A DNA stretch of 63,989 nucleotides, counting the filler, from Myxococcota bacterium (GTDB lineage Bacteria; Myxococcota; Myxococcia; Myxococcales; Myxococcaceae): NCBI GenBank assembly GCA_049322255.1. It is 4 parts of 4 records of this genome, joined end to end, with 100 filler letters (N's around TTAATTAATTAA, not from the genome) between each part and the next. Parts side by side here need not be neighbours in the genome. Positions count along the whole stretch, not along the records: positions 30,282 to 59,496 come from JBMORE010000043.1; 3 more parts are not named here. One strand, written 5' to 3'. Below the pieces are notes generated by a model that was given only the letters and a program-made list of their open reading frames with translations, made no database searches and was not told where the DNA came from. Within the stretch, counting starts at the first letter, position 1, and every line of letters starts with the position of its first letter. Both the position numbers and the translations under genes were made by a program. Shown piece by piece: positions 47,783-58,864 of the stretch.

Positions 47783-49039
47783 CTACTTCACCCTCGAAGC
47801 GTACAGGGGAAACTGCTGGCACAGCTCGCGAACCTCTCCGCGGATTCGTGCGAGCGCCTTCTCGTCGCCGGCCTGGTCGAGCGCTTTGCCGACGAGCTTT
47901 CCAATCGTCGCCATCTGGGCCTCTTTCATTCCCCGGGTGGTCACCGCAGGCGTACCGATGCGTACCCCGGAGGACACCGTCGGCTTTTCCGGGTCGAAGG
48001 GAATTTGATTCTTGTTCACGGTGATGCCCGCTTTTCCCAGCGCCTCCTCGGCCGCCTTGCCGGAGACTTTCTTCGCCCGCAGGTCGACGAGCATCAAGTG
48101 GTTGTCGGTGCCACCAGAGCACAGGCGCAAACCTTCTCCTTGGAGCGCCTCAGCGAGAGCCCGGGCATTGAGAACGATCTGCTTCTGGTACTCCCTGAAC
48201 GCCGGCGAGAGCGCCTCCTGGAAGGCGACCGCCTTGGCAGCGATGACATGCATCAGCGGCCCGCCTTGGATGCCGGGGAAGATTTGGCTGTTGATCGGCT
48301 TGGCGAGCTCTTCCTTGCACAGCACCATGCCGCCGCGCGGCCCGCGCAGAGTCTTGTGGGTGGTGGTGGTGACGATTTCGGCGTAAGGCACCGGCGAGGG
48401 GTGCACACCCGCTGCGACCAAGCCCGCGATGTGCGCCATGTCCACGACCACTGCTGCGCCGACGGCGTCGGCGATCTCACGAAACTTCGGAAAGTCGATC
48501 ACCCGGGGGTAGGCCGAGGCACCCACCACGACCACCTTCGGCTTGTGCTCCTTGGCCAACGCAGCGGCCTGGGCGTAGTCGATGGTCTCGGTCTCGCGGG
48601 CAAGGCCGTAGTGCACGACCTTGTAGAGCTTGCCGGAGAAATTGAAGCTCGCCCCGTGGGTGAGGTGGCCGCCGGAGTTGAGATCGAGCGAGAGCATCAG
48701 CTCGCCCGGCTTCATCAGCGCCATGTAGGCGGCCATGTTCGCCTGCGAGCCTGAGTGCGCCTGCACGTTGGCCCCTTCGGCGCCAAAGAGCTTCTTGGCC
48801 CGGTCGATCGCCAGCTGTTCGGCGACGTCGACGAATTCACAGCCACCGTAGTAGCGCTTGCCTGGGTAGCCTTCGGCGTACTTGTTGGTGAGCACCGAGC
48901 CGAGCGCATCGAGCACCGCCGGGCTGACGAAGTTCTCCGAAGCGATGAGCTCGAGCCCCTCCTCCTGGCGGCGGGTCTCCTCGCGAATCACCCGGGCGAT
49001 CTCGGGGTCGACTTGCGACAACGGAGCTGTGTTTTCCAT
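47783..49039 (-). CDS. glyA: Serine hydroxymethyltransferase
   Basis: [41 protein letters not shown]. Confidence 0.96.
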   Translation of the reverse strand: MENTAPLSQVDPEIARVIREETRRQEEGLELIASENFVSPAVLDALGSVLTNKYAEGYPGKRYYGGCEFVDVAEQLAIDRAKKLFGAEGANVQAHSGSQANMAAYMALMKPGELMLSLDLNSGGHLTHGASFNFSGKLYKVVHYGLARETETIDYAQAAALAKEHKPKVVVVGASAYPRVIDFPKFREIADAVGAAVVVDMAHIAGLVAAGVHPSPVPYAEIVTTTTHKTLRGPRGGMVLCKEELAKPINSQIFPGIQGGPLMHVIAAKAVAFQEALSPAFREYQKQIVLNARALAEALQGEGLRLCSGGTDNHLMLVDLRAKKVSGKAAEEALGKAGITVNKNQIPFDPEKPTVSSGVRIGTPAVTTRGMKEAQMATIGKLVGKALDQAGDEKALARIRGEVRELCQQFPLYASRVK

Positions 49040-49054
49040 TTCTGACCTCGTCAT

Positions 49055-49134
49055 CTCTCTCCCTTTGGGAGAGGGAAAGGGTGAGGGGTTATAGCTCTTG
49101 CCCCTCACCCCTACCCTCTCCCAGCGGGAGAGGG
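49055..49134. repeat. Inverted REP doublet, copies 49055-49088 and 49101-49134
   Basis: CTCTCTCCCTTTGGGAGAGGGAAAGGGTGAGGGG-12nt-CCCCTCACCCCTACCCTCTCCCAGCGGGAGAGGG. Confidence 0.9.
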
Positions 49135-49137
49135 AGT

Positions 49138-49473
49138 TTATGGTAGCGACCAGGCGTTGGCCTTGAGCTTGGTCGGCTCGGGCTGGCCGGGGTCGGTGAG
49201 CCACGCCAGCTGCGAGAGGGCGTCTCCGCCCAGCTCGCAAATCTTCTTCCGCAGCTCGAGGTAAGTCTCCTCGTCGGTTTCGGCCCGCTCCACCACCACC
49301 CAACCCAGGTTCTGGGCGCCGTCGGGTAAGTCGGTCGCATGAACGTAGTCATACACGTCACAGCGCTTCTCGCCCACGTAGACCTCTTGGGCCACAGGCT
49401 TGCGCACGGGGACGAGCTGGGTCCGCGGGGTGCACGCGGCAGCCACGACAGCCAGCGCGCAAAAGCGCTTCAC
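49138..49473 (-). CDS. Small hypothetical lipoprotein
   Basis: [14 protein letters not shown] lipobox; GTGA overlap with rpiB. Confidence 0.6.
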   Translation of the reverse strand: MKRFCALAVVAAACTPRTQLVPVRKPVAQEVYVGEKRCDVYDYVHATDLPDGAQNLGWVVVERAETDEETYLELRKKICELGGDALSQLAWLTDPGQPEPTKLKANAWSLP

Positions 49474-49913
49474 CCCCCGCTCTCCACATCGCGAATCTTC
49501 TGCACCCTTCGCTCGTGTCGTCCGCCCTCGAACTGCTGATCGAGAAACGCCTCGAGAATGGCGCGCCCCAGGCCTGGCCCCACCACCCGCTGGCCGAGGC
49601 AGAGCACGTTGGCGTCGTTGTGCGCCCGGGCCATGCGTGCCTCGAACTCCGAGTGGGCCAACGCCGCACGCACCCCGCGGTGCTTGTTGGCGACGATGCT
49701 CATCCCGATGCCAGTGCCGCACACCAGCACGCCGACGTCGGCGAGGCCGGCTCCCACCTTCTTGGCCACGCTGGAGGCGAAGTCAGGGTAATCGACCGAG
49801 TCGTTGGTGAAGGCGCCCAAGTCCTCCACCTCCACCGGGCGCGTGCGCAAAGCCTCGAGGAGCTCCTTTTTGAGCTCGAGCCCGGCATGGTCGGATGCGA
49901 GGACGATACGCAA
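49470..49913 (-). CDS. rpiB: Ribose-5-phosphate isomerase B
   Basis: ASDHAG, VDYPD, CGTGIGM..ANK, HNDANVL, GGRH. Confidence 0.95.
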   Translation of the reverse strand: MRIVLASDHAGLELKKELLEALRTRPVEVEDLGAFTNDSVDYPDFASSVAKKVGAGLADVGVLVCGTGIGMSIVANKHRGVRAALAHSEFEARMARAHNDANVLCLGQRVVGPGLGRAILEAFLDQQFEGGRHERRVQKIRDVESGG

Positions 49914-49930
49914 GGAGGCTTGGGGTTCCT

Positions 49931-51187
49931 CTATTTGAAACGTCTAAAGAGAAGCACGGCGTTGGTGCCGCCGAACCCGAAGGAGTTGGACATCGCCGCG
50001 TTCACCCGCACCTCACGCGGCGCGTTGGGCACATAGTCGAGGTCACACTCCGGATCGGGGGTCTGGTAGTTGATGGTGGGCGGCAACACCCCGCGGGCCA
50101 GCGCGAGCACGCTCACCACCGCCTCGGCCCCACCCGCCGCGCCGAGCATGTGGCCGGTCATCGACTTGGTCGAGCTCACCGCCAGCTTCTTCGCGTGGGC
50201 GCCGAAGACGGTTTTGATCGCCTTGGTCTCGTTGGCGTCGTTGTACGGGGTGGAGGTGCCGTGGGCGTTGATGTACCCCACCTCCTCCGGGTTCATCTGC
50301 GCGCTGGCCAGAGCCAGGCGCATGCAACGGGCCGCACCCTCCCCTTCGGGAGCCGGCGCGGTCACGTGGTGCGCGTCGGAGTTCGCTCCGTAGCCGGCCA
50401 CCTCGGCGAGGATGTTGGCGCCGCGCTTCTTGGCGTGCTCCAGCTCTTCGAGCACCAAGATGCCCGCGCCCTCGCCCATGACGAAGCCGTCGCGCTCCTT
50501 GTCGAAGGGCCGGCTGGCCTTCTGGGGAGCGTCGTTGCGCGTGGAGAGCGCCTTCATCACCGAGAAGCCGCCCACCCCCAACGGAGTGATGGCCGCCTCG
50601 GCGCCGCCGGCGATCGCCGCGTCGGTCTCGCCCAGCCGAATCGACTTGAACGCCTCTCCGATGGCGTGCGCGCTGGTGGAGCACGCGCTCACCGGCGACC
50701 AGTTGGGCCCCTTGGCCCCGTAGCGGATGGTGATGAGCCCGGGCGCCATGTTGATGATCATCTGAATGATGAAGAAGGGGCTTAGGCGATCGAAGCCCTT
50801 CTCCAGGCCCTTCTTGTGCTGCTCCTCGAGCGAGCTGATGCCGCCGATGCCCGAGCCGACGATCACCCCCACCCGCTCGTTGGCGTAGCCGTGGGGCTTG
50901 TCCAAACCGATGGGTAGACCGCTCTCCTTCACCGCCATCTCGGCGGCGGCGAGGGCGAACTGGGTGAAGAGATCCATCCGGCGGACCTCTTTTTTGTCGA
51001 TGAAGGCCTCGGGCTGAAAGTCCTTCACCTCGCCGGCGAAGGTCGTATCCAGCTTCGCCACCGGGAAGCGGGTGATCGTCCCGATGCCCGACTGCCCACC
51101 GAGCATCGCCTGCCAGGTCTTCTCGGTACCCGTCCCCAACGAGGTGACGAGCCCAGTTCCGGTGATGACGACGCGGCGGTTGGACAC
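49931..51187 (-). CDS. fabF: 3-oxoacyl-ACP synthase II
   Basis: [38 protein letters not shown]. Confidence 0.96.
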   Translation of the reverse strand: MSNRRVVITGTGLVTSLGTGTEKTWQAMLGGQSGIGTITRFPVAKLDTTFAGEVKDFQPEAFIDKKEVRRMDLFTQFALAAAEMAVKESGLPIGLDKPHGYANERVGVIVGSGIGGISSLEEQHKKGLEKGFDRLSPFFIIQMIINMAPGLITIRYGAKGPNWSPVSACSTSAHAIGEAFKSIRLGETDAAIAGGAEAAITPLGVGGFSVMKALSTRNDAPQKASRPFDKERDGFVMGEGAGILVLEELEHAKKRGANILAEVAGYGANSDAHHVTAPAPEGEGAARCMRLALASAQMNPEEVGYINAHGTSTPYNDANETKAIKTVFGAHAKKLAVSSTKSMTGHMLGAAGGAEAVVSVLALARGVLPPTINYQTPDPECDLDYVPNAPREVRVNAAMSNSFGFGGTNAVLLFRRFK

Positions 51188-51203
51188 GAGCCCTTCCTAA
51201 CGC

Positions 51204-51446
51204 TTACTTCTTGTGCGTGTTGATGTAGTTGATGGCGTCGCCGACGGTCTTGATGTTCTCGGCCTCCTCGTCGGGAATCTCGACCTCGAACTCCTCCTCC
51301 ATCGCCATCACCAGCTCGACGATGTCCAGGCTGTCGGCCCCCAAGTCCTCGATGAAGGAGCTCTCGGGCTTGATCTCGTCTTCGCCGACCCCCAGCTGGT
51401 CAGCGATGATCGACTTCACCTTCCCCTCGATTGCGGTCGTCGCCAT
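51204..51446 (-). CDS. acpP: Acyl carrier protein
   Basis: [19 protein letters not shown]. Confidence 0.96.
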   Translation of the reverse strand: MATTAIEGKVKSIIADQLGVGEDEIKPESSFIEDLGADSLDIVELVMAMEEEFEVEIPDEEAENIKTVGDAINYINTHKK

Positions 51447-51543
51447 ACGTTCTTCAACCCTCCGAAAAAAACCACGTTGTTCTCGGGGCTTGTCCCCGGT
51501 TTTCAAAAGCGCGGGCGGTATAACCCACCCTCGCGCCTGCTCG

Positions 51544-52290
51544 CTACATGTACATGCCGCCGTTCACCTTGAGCACCTCGCCGGTGATGTAGGCCGCCGC
51601 ATCGCTGGCGAGGAAGCAGACCGCACGGGCAATCTCCTGAGAGGTGCCCAGTCGCCCCAACGGCACCGCGTCGAGCATCTTCTGGCGCGTGTCCTCGGAG
51701 ATTTTCGCGGTCATGTCGGTGTCGATGAACCCCGGCGAAACCGCATTGACGCGGATGTGGCGGCTGGCCAGCTCCTTGGCCACCGCCTTGGTGAGCCCGA
51801 TGATGCCCGCCTTGGAAGCCGCGTAGGCGGCCTGGCCGCCGTTGCCCATCTCGCCCACCACCGAGGTGAGGTTCACGATGGCGCCGCCTTTTTGCTTCAT
51901 CATCGGGCGAGCAGCCGCACGAATAAGCGCGAAGGCGCCCTTCAAGTTCGTGTCGAGGGTCTTGTCCCAGTCCTCGTCCTTGAAGCGCAGGATGAGGCCG
52001 TCGATCGCCACCCCGGCGTTGTTGACGAGCACGTCGAGCCGGCCGTGCTCCTTCACCACCTCGTCGACAGTGTTTTGGCACGCGGCCGTGTCGCCGACGT
52101 CGAAACGCACCGCCTTGGCCTTGCCGCCCGCCTTCTCGATGAGCGCCAACGTCTCGCTCGCGGCCGCCTCGTTGCCCGCGTAAGAAAAAACGACCGCTGC
52201 TCCACGCGCAGCGAGCTCGACCGCGATCGCCCTCCCGATGCCCCGAGAGCCGCCGGTGACCAGCGCCACCTTGTCTGCAAAATCCTTCAT
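51544..52290 (-). CDS. fabG: 3-oxoacyl-ACP reductase
   Basis: [26 protein letters not shown]. Confidence 0.95.
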   Translation of the reverse strand: MKDFADKVALVTGGSRGIGRAIAVELAARGAAVVFSYAGNEAAASETLALIEKAGGKAKAVRFDVGDTAACQNTVDEVVKEHGRLDVLVNNAGVAIDGLILRFKDEDWDKTLDTNLKGAFALIRAAARPMMKQKGGAIVNLTSVVGEMGNGGQAAYAASKAGIIGLTKAVAKELASRHIRVNAVSPGFIDTDMTAKISEDTRQKMLDAVPLGRLGTSQEIARAVCFLASDAAAYITGEVLKVNGGMYM

Positions 52291-52292
52291 CG

Positions 52293-53231
52293 TCAGACCC
52301 CTCCCAGCGCCGCCAGCGTCTTCTCCAGACTGGCGGGATCCTCGACGTTGAACACCTGCGCGTCCTTGGCGATGCGCTTGACCAAACCGGAGAGCACCTT
52401 GCCGGGCCCCAGCTCGACGAAGCGGGTGACGCCCTGGCGGGAAAGCTCCTCCACGCACTCGATCCACCGTACCGGCGACGTCACCTGCTCGACGAGGAGC
52501 GACGCGATGCGTGCCGCGTCGTTGTTCGGCTTGGCCTCGACGTTGGTCATCACCGGAGCCACCGGCGCCTGGAAGCTCACCTTAGCGAGCACCTCGGAGA
52601 GCCGTGGCTTTACCGGCGCCATCAGCGCGCAATGGAAAGGAGCGCTCACCGGCAAGGGCAGGACGCGCTTGGCGCCGGCCTCTTTGAGCTTCGGGGTGGC
52701 GCGTTCGACAGCCTCGGCGTGTCCGGCGATCACCGTCTGCCCCGGCTCGTTGTAGTTTGCCGGAGAGAGCACCTGGTCTTGCGCGCACTCGTCGCACACG
52801 GCCTTCACCTTTTCCGGCGCCAGCCCGAGCACCGCGGCCATCGCGCCTGCCCCCGGGGGAACGGCCTCTTGCATGAAGCTGCCGCGCTGGCGTACCGAGC
52901 GCACCGCGTCGGAAAGCCCCATCGCCCCTGCCGCCACCAGCGCCGAGTACTCGCCCAGCGAATGGCCGGCGACGAAGTCGGCTTTGGGCCCGCGCTTGGC
53001 GAACACCGCGTGGGCAGCGATGGAGGTGGCCAAAATCGCCGGCTGGGTGTTGGCGGTCAGCCTGAGAGACTCCTCCGGGCCCTCGAAGCAGAGGGCCGAG
53101 AGCTTCTCCTTCAGCGCGTCGTCGGCGGCGTCGAAGACGGCCTTGGCCTCGGGGAAAGCGTCGGCGAGGGCCTTGCCCATACCCACCGCTTGGCTCCCCT
53201 GGCCGGGGAAGATGTACGCGAGCTTGGCCAT
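52293..53231 (-). CDS. fabD: Malonyl-CoA-ACP transacylase
   Basis: [19 protein letters not shown]. Confidence 0.95.
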   Translation of the reverse strand: MAKLAYIFPGQGSQAVGMGKALADAFPEAKAVFDAADDALKEKLSALCFEGPEESLRLTANTQPAILATSIAAHAVFAKRGPKADFVAGHSLGEYSALVAAGAMGLSDAVRSVRQRGSFMQEAVPPGAGAMAAVLGLAPEKVKAVCDECAQDQVLSPANYNEPGQTVIAGHAEAVERATPKLKEAGAKRVLPLPVSAPFHCALMAPVKPRLSEVLAKVSFQAPVAPVMTNVEAKPNNDAARIASLLVEQVTSPVRWIECVEELSRQGVTRFVELGPGKVLSGLVKRIAKDAQVFNVEDPASLEKTLAALGGV

Positions 53232-53239
53232 CGTTGCTC

Positions 53240-54223
53240 CTACCAGCGCACCACCGCGCTGCCCCAGGTCATACCGGCGCCGATGGCCATCATCGCGATG
53301 ACGTCGTTCGCTTTGAGCCGGCCGGCGCGATTGGCCTCATCGAGCGTCATCGGCAACGAAGCGGAGGAGGTGTTGCCGTACCGCTCGATGTTCAGCCACG
53401 CCTTTTCTCGCGGAATCGCCAAGCGCTGCAGCACCGCGTCGATGATGCGTAAGTTTGCCTGGTGGGCGATGACGTGGGTCACGTCGGTGGCGGAAAGTCC
53501 GTTGGCGGTGAGCGCCTCGTGGCTCGCCTCGGTGAGCGCGCGCACCGCGAACTTGAACACCTCTTTGCCGTTCATCGACACCTTGTGGAGCTTCTGGGCG
53601 AGCACCTGCTCGTCCATCGGCTGCTTCGTCCCTCCGCCGCGGATGCACAGGATGTCGGTGAGCGCCCCGTCGGTGTGCAGGTGGGTGGAGAGAATGCCGC
53701 GCGACTCGCTCTTGCCCGGGCCGAGCACCATCGCCCCCGCGGCGTCGCCGAAGAGCACGCAGGTGTTGCGGTCCCCCCAGTCGACGATGCTCGTGAGCAG
53801 CTCGACTCCGATGACCAGGGCCCGCTTCACCGCGCCGCTCTTCACGTACTGATCGGCGATCGACATGCCGTAGAGCGAGCCTGCACACGCCGCCGAGACG
53901 TCGAAGGCGAAGGCCTTTTTCGCCCCCAGCTTGTGCTGCACGAACGCGGCGCAGGAGGGCATGGGTAGGTCGGGCGAGATGGTGCCGACCACGATGAGGT
54001 CCAGCTCCTCGGGCCGGGTGCGGGCCATCTCCAGCGCGCGCACCGCCGCCTTCGCCGCCATGTCCGAGGTGACTTCGCCCTCCGCCGCCTGCCGGCGCTC
54101 CCGAATGCCGGTGCGCTCGACGATCCACTCGTCGGAGGTCTCCACGATTTTGGCCAGGTCGTGGTTGGTGACGACCTTCTCGGGGACGTACGAGCCGGTT
54201 CCGATGATCTGCGTTTTGGGCAC
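53240..54223 (-). CDS. fabH: 3-oxoacyl-ACP synthase III
   Basis: WIVERTGI, AACAG, LFGDAAG, HQAN, YGNTSSAS. Confidence 0.95.
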   Translation of the reverse strand: MPKTQIIGTGSYVPEKVVTNHDLAKIVETSDEWIVERTGIRERRQAAEGEVTSDMAAKAAVRALEMARTRPEELDLIVVGTISPDLPMPSCAAFVQHKLGAKKAFAFDVSAACAGSLYGMSIADQYVKSGAVKRALVIGVELLTSIVDWGDRNTCVLFGDAAGAMVLGPGKSESRGILSTHLHTDGALTDILCIRGGGTKQPMDEQVLAQKLHKVSMNGKEVFKFAVRALTEASHEALTANGLSATDVTHVIAHQANLRIIDAVLQRLAIPREKAWLNIERYGNTSSASLPMTLDEANRAGRLKANDVIAMMAIGAGMTWGSAVVRW

Positions 54224-54436
54224 CTGTGCGACTCCGTGCGTGGCGGGAACCCTCTACGAACCCGCCGTCGTGTGCTTCGCCTTCCGCGCGGGTTCTCTAC
54301 ACACAAAGCGTGCGCTCTGTCATCCGCTCCCTTCTCTGAAGGGTGCGAAGCGCTGTACGCAGTGCGAAGCCAGCGAGTCAATGCATCGAGGCCGGAACAT
54401 CGACTGCCGCGCTCGCTCTGCTAGAAATCGACTTTC

Positions 54437-55165
54437 ATGCGCTCGAGCCTGGTACTCCTTCTTCTCCTCGCGGGTGGCTGCCATCACTACCGCACGCTCG
54501 AGGGCGGAGGGGTCGAGCTTGCCCAGGGGCTGGCGGCCCAGAGCGTCGCCGACGGAGTGTGGGTCGTCACCGTCGACCAGCCGTACCCCAGCAATGCACT
54601 GGTGGCGCGGCTGGGAGCCGAGGTGCTCCTGGTCGACGCGCCGTACGACGATGTGACCACTGCGGCGATTCTTAATTGGGTCGTCCACGAGCTCGGCCCT
54701 CTGCCGTCGCTGGCGGTGACGACGCACGCGCACGATGACCGCTCGGGCGGCAACGCCCACTTGCGCGCGCGGGAAATCCCCATCTGGGCGAGCGAGCTCA
54801 CCTCCGGCCGGCTCCCAGCATCGCTGCGGCCCGACGAGTCGTTTCCCAGCGGTGCGCCACTGCAGAAGACATTGGGAGGCCAAACCTTCGAGGTGTTCTT
54901 CCCCGGCGCAGGACACTCGCCGGACAACGTGGTGGTGTGGCTGCCCGGCTCGAAGGTCCTCTTCGCCGGGTGCCTCGTCACCGGCCGCTCGAAGCTGGGC
55001 TTCATGGGTGACGCCGACCTCGACGCGTGGAGCGGTTCTTTGGAGAAGCTTCGCGCCTACGACGCAGCGAAGGTGGTGCCCGGGCACGGCCCGGTGGGTG
55101 GGCCAGAGCTCATCGCCCACACCCAGAAGCTGGTCGCCGAGGAGCGCGCCAAATCGCGCCGCTGA
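54437..55165 (+). CDS. Subclass B1 metallo-beta-lactamase-like lipoprotein
   Basis: Lipobox AGGC; THAHDDR, GHSPDN, FAGC, PGHG zinc ligands. Confidence 0.8.
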   Translation: MRSSLVLLLLLAGGCHHYRTLEGGGVELAQGLAAQSVADGVWVVTVDQPYPSNALVARLGAEVLLVDAPYDDVTTAAILNWVVHELGPLPSLAVTTHAHDDRSGGNAHLRAREIPIWASELTSGRLPASLRPDESFPSGAPLQKTLGGQTFEVFFPGAGHSPDNVVVWLPGSKVLFAGCLVTGRSKLGFMGDADLDAWSGSLEKLRAYDAAKVVPGHGPVGGPELIAHTQKLVAEERAKSRR

Positions 55166-55268
55166 AACCGAGCTGGTTCACGGCGTTCAGCACTTGCCAG
55201 CTTCGCCCCGAGCCAGCCGGGAGGCGTGCGATGAAAAGACCGTCTGCAATTGATTGGAGACCTACTCG

Positions 55269-57512
55269 CTAGCGCCTTCCGCCGTCGACTGGTCCTCCGT
55301 CAGCAACAGCCCTGGCGGCACACGCTGTGTACTCCTCGACCCTTGCCGCCTCCTCCGACATCACGTCTTTCGGGTGTCCTCTCGCGGCCATTCGTTCGAC
55401 GGCGATGCGCTGGTACCGTAGCGCCTCGTCACAACTCCCCACTGCTTTCCACGCGGCGGCGTGGGTGCGAACGTAGAGCGCGCTGGAAGGCCACCCCGCC
55501 AGTGCGCGTGCCGAGAGCTCTAGAGCCCGCTTCGCGTTTCCTCGCTTCAAATGGTACTTGGCCGCCTTGTCGAACAGCATTGGATCGACGGGAGCCTCCT
55601 TCAGTGACCGTTCGACTATCGACTTCACGTCGGCGGACTCCTCACTGCTCTCCATCGCCGTTTCGCCCAACAAGCTCCACGCCTGCACGTTGCCGGGGTA
55701 TCGCGCGACCAACTCCTTGGCGAGCCGCAGCCGTTCGTCCACAGTTTTTTCCAGGAACGCCAGAACCCATTCAGCCTCCAGCACCGTCGAATCGAACCGC
55801 AGAGCTCGACGGGCCTCAGCAATCGCTTTGTCCCGCTGCCGGAAATACGCCAGAAGGAGGGCGCGGTTGGCGTAAGTCTCGGCACGCGATGCAACGCGAG
55901 GTTCATCGAATCGCGGGATTTCGACCGTCGCCGAGGTTGGGGAACCAACGCTCCGAGCGCACTGGTCGATCTCTCGCTCTAGGCCAACGTGGGGCACCGC
56001 TCCAAAAAGGGTGGACCAAACCGCCCTTTCGTCCCCGGGGGGAAGAATCGCTCCCAGAAAGCGGCGAAAGACGTCAGGCCTGCGCTCGAGGAGGCAGTGA
56101 ATGGCCACGAAGCTGCTGGCGAGGGCGCTGCGCCTACCATCGGGGCCGGATTCACCCTGCCAATCCCAGAGAGTCGCGATTGGCATTCTCTGAGTACCCA
56201 GGGACTGTCTCCACGCGTCGAGGTTACCGGTACCGAGCGTACCTCCTACCGGATCCACCTCGATTCCCGCGAGATACCTCGCCATACCTTGGTAGAGCCA
56301 CGCGCGGTGTAAGGACAGTGAGCGTCCCAACACTGCGCTGGCGAGCATGCGATGCACCCTGTCGTGCAACGATTCTTCGCTGTCGGGTGTGACTCGAGCA
56401 ATAACGAGCCACCTCCCGTGGATGTGAATGACGAGATCATTGAACCCTTCAAACTGCAGTCGGGCCAACGCCTTGGGGCCCGGCACAAACACGATGAGCG
56501 GGCTCAGCCAATCGGCACCAAGAATTCGCTCGAATGCGCGACGCTCCATTTCGATTCGGATGGCGAGTTCTCGCGCCTGCGTTGAGTCGAGCTCGGCACG
56601 TAGGACGAAGTTCCTGGTAACGATCTCGTGCCAGATCTCGGTGCGTTCGAATTCGGCCTGAGCCAGTTGCTTGGCGTACTTGTTCACCTCGCAGAAATCC
56701 TCGTGCACGAAGCTCGATGAGTGATCTTGAACGAGCGCTACGGCATCTGTCGTCCACTCCGCGCGCGCCGTGGAGTCCCGAAGGCCTTCGTCGCGGCGCT
56801 CCAGCCCCAATCTAATGAGCTGTGCAACCGGCGCGGAAAACCGAACGACATTGTGATTGGTGAGGTGCATCACGCACGCCTGGTCAACCACGTGCGGAAT
56901 TCCGAGGGAGTGTCCCCATTCGTGAAGAAACACCCGCGCCTCGTTGAGCACGATGTACCTGGCGTAGGCGCGTCTGACTTCCGTCGTTTCGAGGGCCATT
57001 GCATCGCGCCAGGAACGGTAGATGTGGGGATTGAGGCTGGTTCGCACCAGCAGCATGTCGCCAAAGTACTGCGACTGCCCCACGAACAAGCCGCCGTCAG
57101 CCTCGCCCATGGGGTCAGGCCCCAGCAGCCCAACCACCCAATCCACACCGGACCGGTTCGCCTCACGTCCGAGAACAGACATCTCGCTCTCGTTCAGCTG
57201 GCGAACCCACTCGACCACCTCGACCACCTGGAACTCCACCGCGAACCAGCTGCGGGTGATCGTGTTGACCTTGTCTATCACCTCCGCGAAGCGCTCCTTC
57301 CAGAGCGCCTCGTGAGCTCGGTACTTCTGATCTGCATACACCCTGAGCCGGTAGACGCGCGGCGGCCGCCCGGAAAGGTCCTCTTCTGGTAGTTCGAAGG
57401 AGCCAGTCACCTCGTCGAGCCATTCCCGGTCGACCTCGGCGCGCGTCTGCCACTTGCACGCGGGCGAAGCGGCTACCGCCAATCCAACTCCTAGCCAAAT
57501 CAATCGCCGCAT
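55269..57512 (-). CDS. Lipoprotein: metzincin zinc protease + degenerate peptidase-like domain + TPR repeats
   Basis: Lipobox SPAC; HEWGHSLGIPH + CVM Met-turn; WLYQGMARYL; TPR-like helices; visibly lower GC. Confidence 0.7.
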   Translation of the reverse strand: MRRLIWLGVGLAVAASPACKWQTRAEVDREWLDEVTGSFELPEEDLSGRPPRVYRLRVYADQKYRAHEALWKERFAEVIDKVNTITRSWFAVEFQVVEVVEWVRQLNESEMSVLGREANRSGVDWVVGLLGPDPMGEADGGLFVGQSQYFGDMLLVRTSLNPHIYRSWRDAMALETTEVRRAYARYIVLNEARVFLHEWGHSLGIPHVVDQACVMHLTNHNVVRFSAPVAQLIRLGLERRDEGLRDSTARAEWTTDAVALVQDHSSSFVHEDFCEVNKYAKQLAQAEFERTEIWHEIVTRNFVLRAELDSTQARELAIRIEMERRAFERILGADWLSPLIVFVPGPKALARLQFEGFNDLVIHIHGRWLVIARVTPDSEESLHDRVHRMLASAVLGRSLSLHRAWLYQGMARYLAGIEVDPVGGTLGTGNLDAWRQSLGTQRMPIATLWDWQGESGPDGRRSALASSFVAIHCLLERRPDVFRRFLGAILPPGDERAVWSTLFGAVPHVGLEREIDQCARSVGSPTSATVEIPRFDEPRVASRAETYANRALLLAYFRQRDKAIAEARRALRFDSTVLEAEWVLAFLEKTVDERLRLAKELVARYPGNVQAWSLLGETAMESSEESADVKSIVERSLKEAPVDPMLFDKAAKYHLKRGNAKRALELSARALAGWPSSALYVRTHAAAWKAVGSCDEALRYQRIAVERMAARGHPKDVMSEEAARVEEYTACAARAVADGGPVDGGRR

Positions 57513-57624
57513 CGGCGACGATTTTACGCCGGTGAACCTCGACCAGGGCGAATACCGCTCGGACAAACAGCGGAACCCTGAGCTCCCCTGGTTTCACCGC
57601 AGGGCATCACTTCGGAGGATGCCC

Positions 57625-58656
57625 TCATGCTGGGCCTCTTGGAAGCCAGGCCGCAGCGCGGGCAATCGCCGCCGCCAGCTCGCCACGCAGCCCGACCTCG
57701 GCGGTACGCAGCGCGGTCTGAAGAGCGTTCTTGATCGCCTTGGGGCTGCTCCGCCCATGCGCCACGATGCCCACGCCGTCGACGCCGAGCAGGGGCGCTC
57801 CCCCGTACTCGGCGTAATCCACCACCCGTTGCAGCCCGGCGAAGGTCGGCCCGAGCAAGAGCGCGCCGAGCTTCTCCGACAGCCCGGCCTTCTTCACCGC
57901 GCTGCGCAAGAGCCCAGCCACCGCCATCGCCGTGCCTTCGCTCGTCTTGAGCACCACGTTGCCGGTGAAGCCGTCGGTGACCACCACCTCGACCTTGCCG
58001 GAGAAGATGTCCTTCCCTTCCACGTAGCCTTTGAAATCGAGGTCGCTTTGGCGCAAGAGCGCCAACGCCTCGCGGGTGAGCGGGGTGCCCTTGGTGTCCT
58101 CCTCGCCGTTGGAGAGCAGCCCCACCCGCGGGCGCGCCACTTTCAGCACGCGGTGCACGTACGCCGCTCCCATCACCGCGAACTGCGCCAGCTGGCTGGC
58201 CTTGCACTCCACGTTGGCTCCGGCGTCGAGGAGCAGGCAGCGTCCCTCACCGCGCAGCGCAGGAAAGAGGGTGGCGATGGCCGGCCGTTCGACGCCCTTC
58301 ACCCTTCCGAGCACCAAGAGTGCCCCCGCCATCACCGCTCCCGAGCTCCCCGCAGACACCATCGCCTCGGCCTCGCCCTTGGCCATCAGCTCGAAGCACA
58401 CCCGCAAGGACGAGTCCTTCTTCTTGCGAATCGCCTGGGCCGGGTGCTCCTCCATCGCCACCACCTCGGAGGCGTGGCGCAGGCTCACGTTGGGCGGACG
58501 CCCACCTCTGACGCCCTCGAGCAGCGGGCGCAAGGCGCGCTCGTCGCCGACCAGGACGACTTGGTGACTGGGCACTTCGCGGGCGAAGAGAACCGCCCCT
58601 TCGACAGGGGCGCGCGGGGCGAGGTCCCCGCCCATGGCATCGAGGGCGAGGCGCAC
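57625..58656 (-). CDS. plsX: Phosphate acyltransferase PlsX (canonical locus)
   Basis: LALDAMGGD.AP, LLDAGAN, TDGFTGNV.LK, YGGAPLLG, AHGRS; next to rpmF. Confidence 0.95.
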   Translation of the reverse strand: MRLALDAMGGDLAPRAPVEGAVLFAREVPSHQVVLVGDERALRPLLEGVRGGRPPNVSLRHASEVVAMEEHPAQAIRKKKDSSLRVCFELMAKGEAEAMVSAGSSGAVMAGALLVLGRVKGVERPAIATLFPALRGEGRCLLLDAGANVECKASQLAQFAVMGAAYVHRVLKVARPRVGLLSNGEEDTKGTPLTREALALLRQSDLDFKGYVEGKDIFSGKVEVVVTDGFTGNVVLKTSEGTAMAVAGLLRSAVKKAGLSEKLGALLLGPTFAGLQRVVDYAEYGGAPLLGVDGVGIVAHGRSSPKAIKNALQTALRTAEVGLRGELAAAIARAAAWLPRGPA

Positions 58657-58665
58657 GGCCCTTCC

Positions 58666-58848
58666 CTACTCGACCGCGACCACCTCGCGCCCTGCGTACT
58701 GTCCGCAAGAAGCGCAGGCACGATGCGGCAACACCGGCTCCTTGCAGTTGGGGCACGAGATGACCTGCACCACGGCCTTCAGCTTGTTGTTGGCCGCGCG
58801 ACGGCGGTTGCGCCGCATCTTCGAAGTCCGCTTCTTGGGTACGCCCAT
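58666..58848 (-). CDS. rpmF: 50S ribosomal protein L32
   Basis: MGVPKKRTSK..RN.RR, CPNC...PHRAC.SCG.Y. Confidence 0.96.
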   Translation of the reverse strand: MGVPKKRTSKMRRNRRRAANNKLKAVVQVISCPNCKEPVLPHRACASCGQYAGREVVAVE

Positions 58849-58864
58849 GGCTTCTTTCCTTCAG

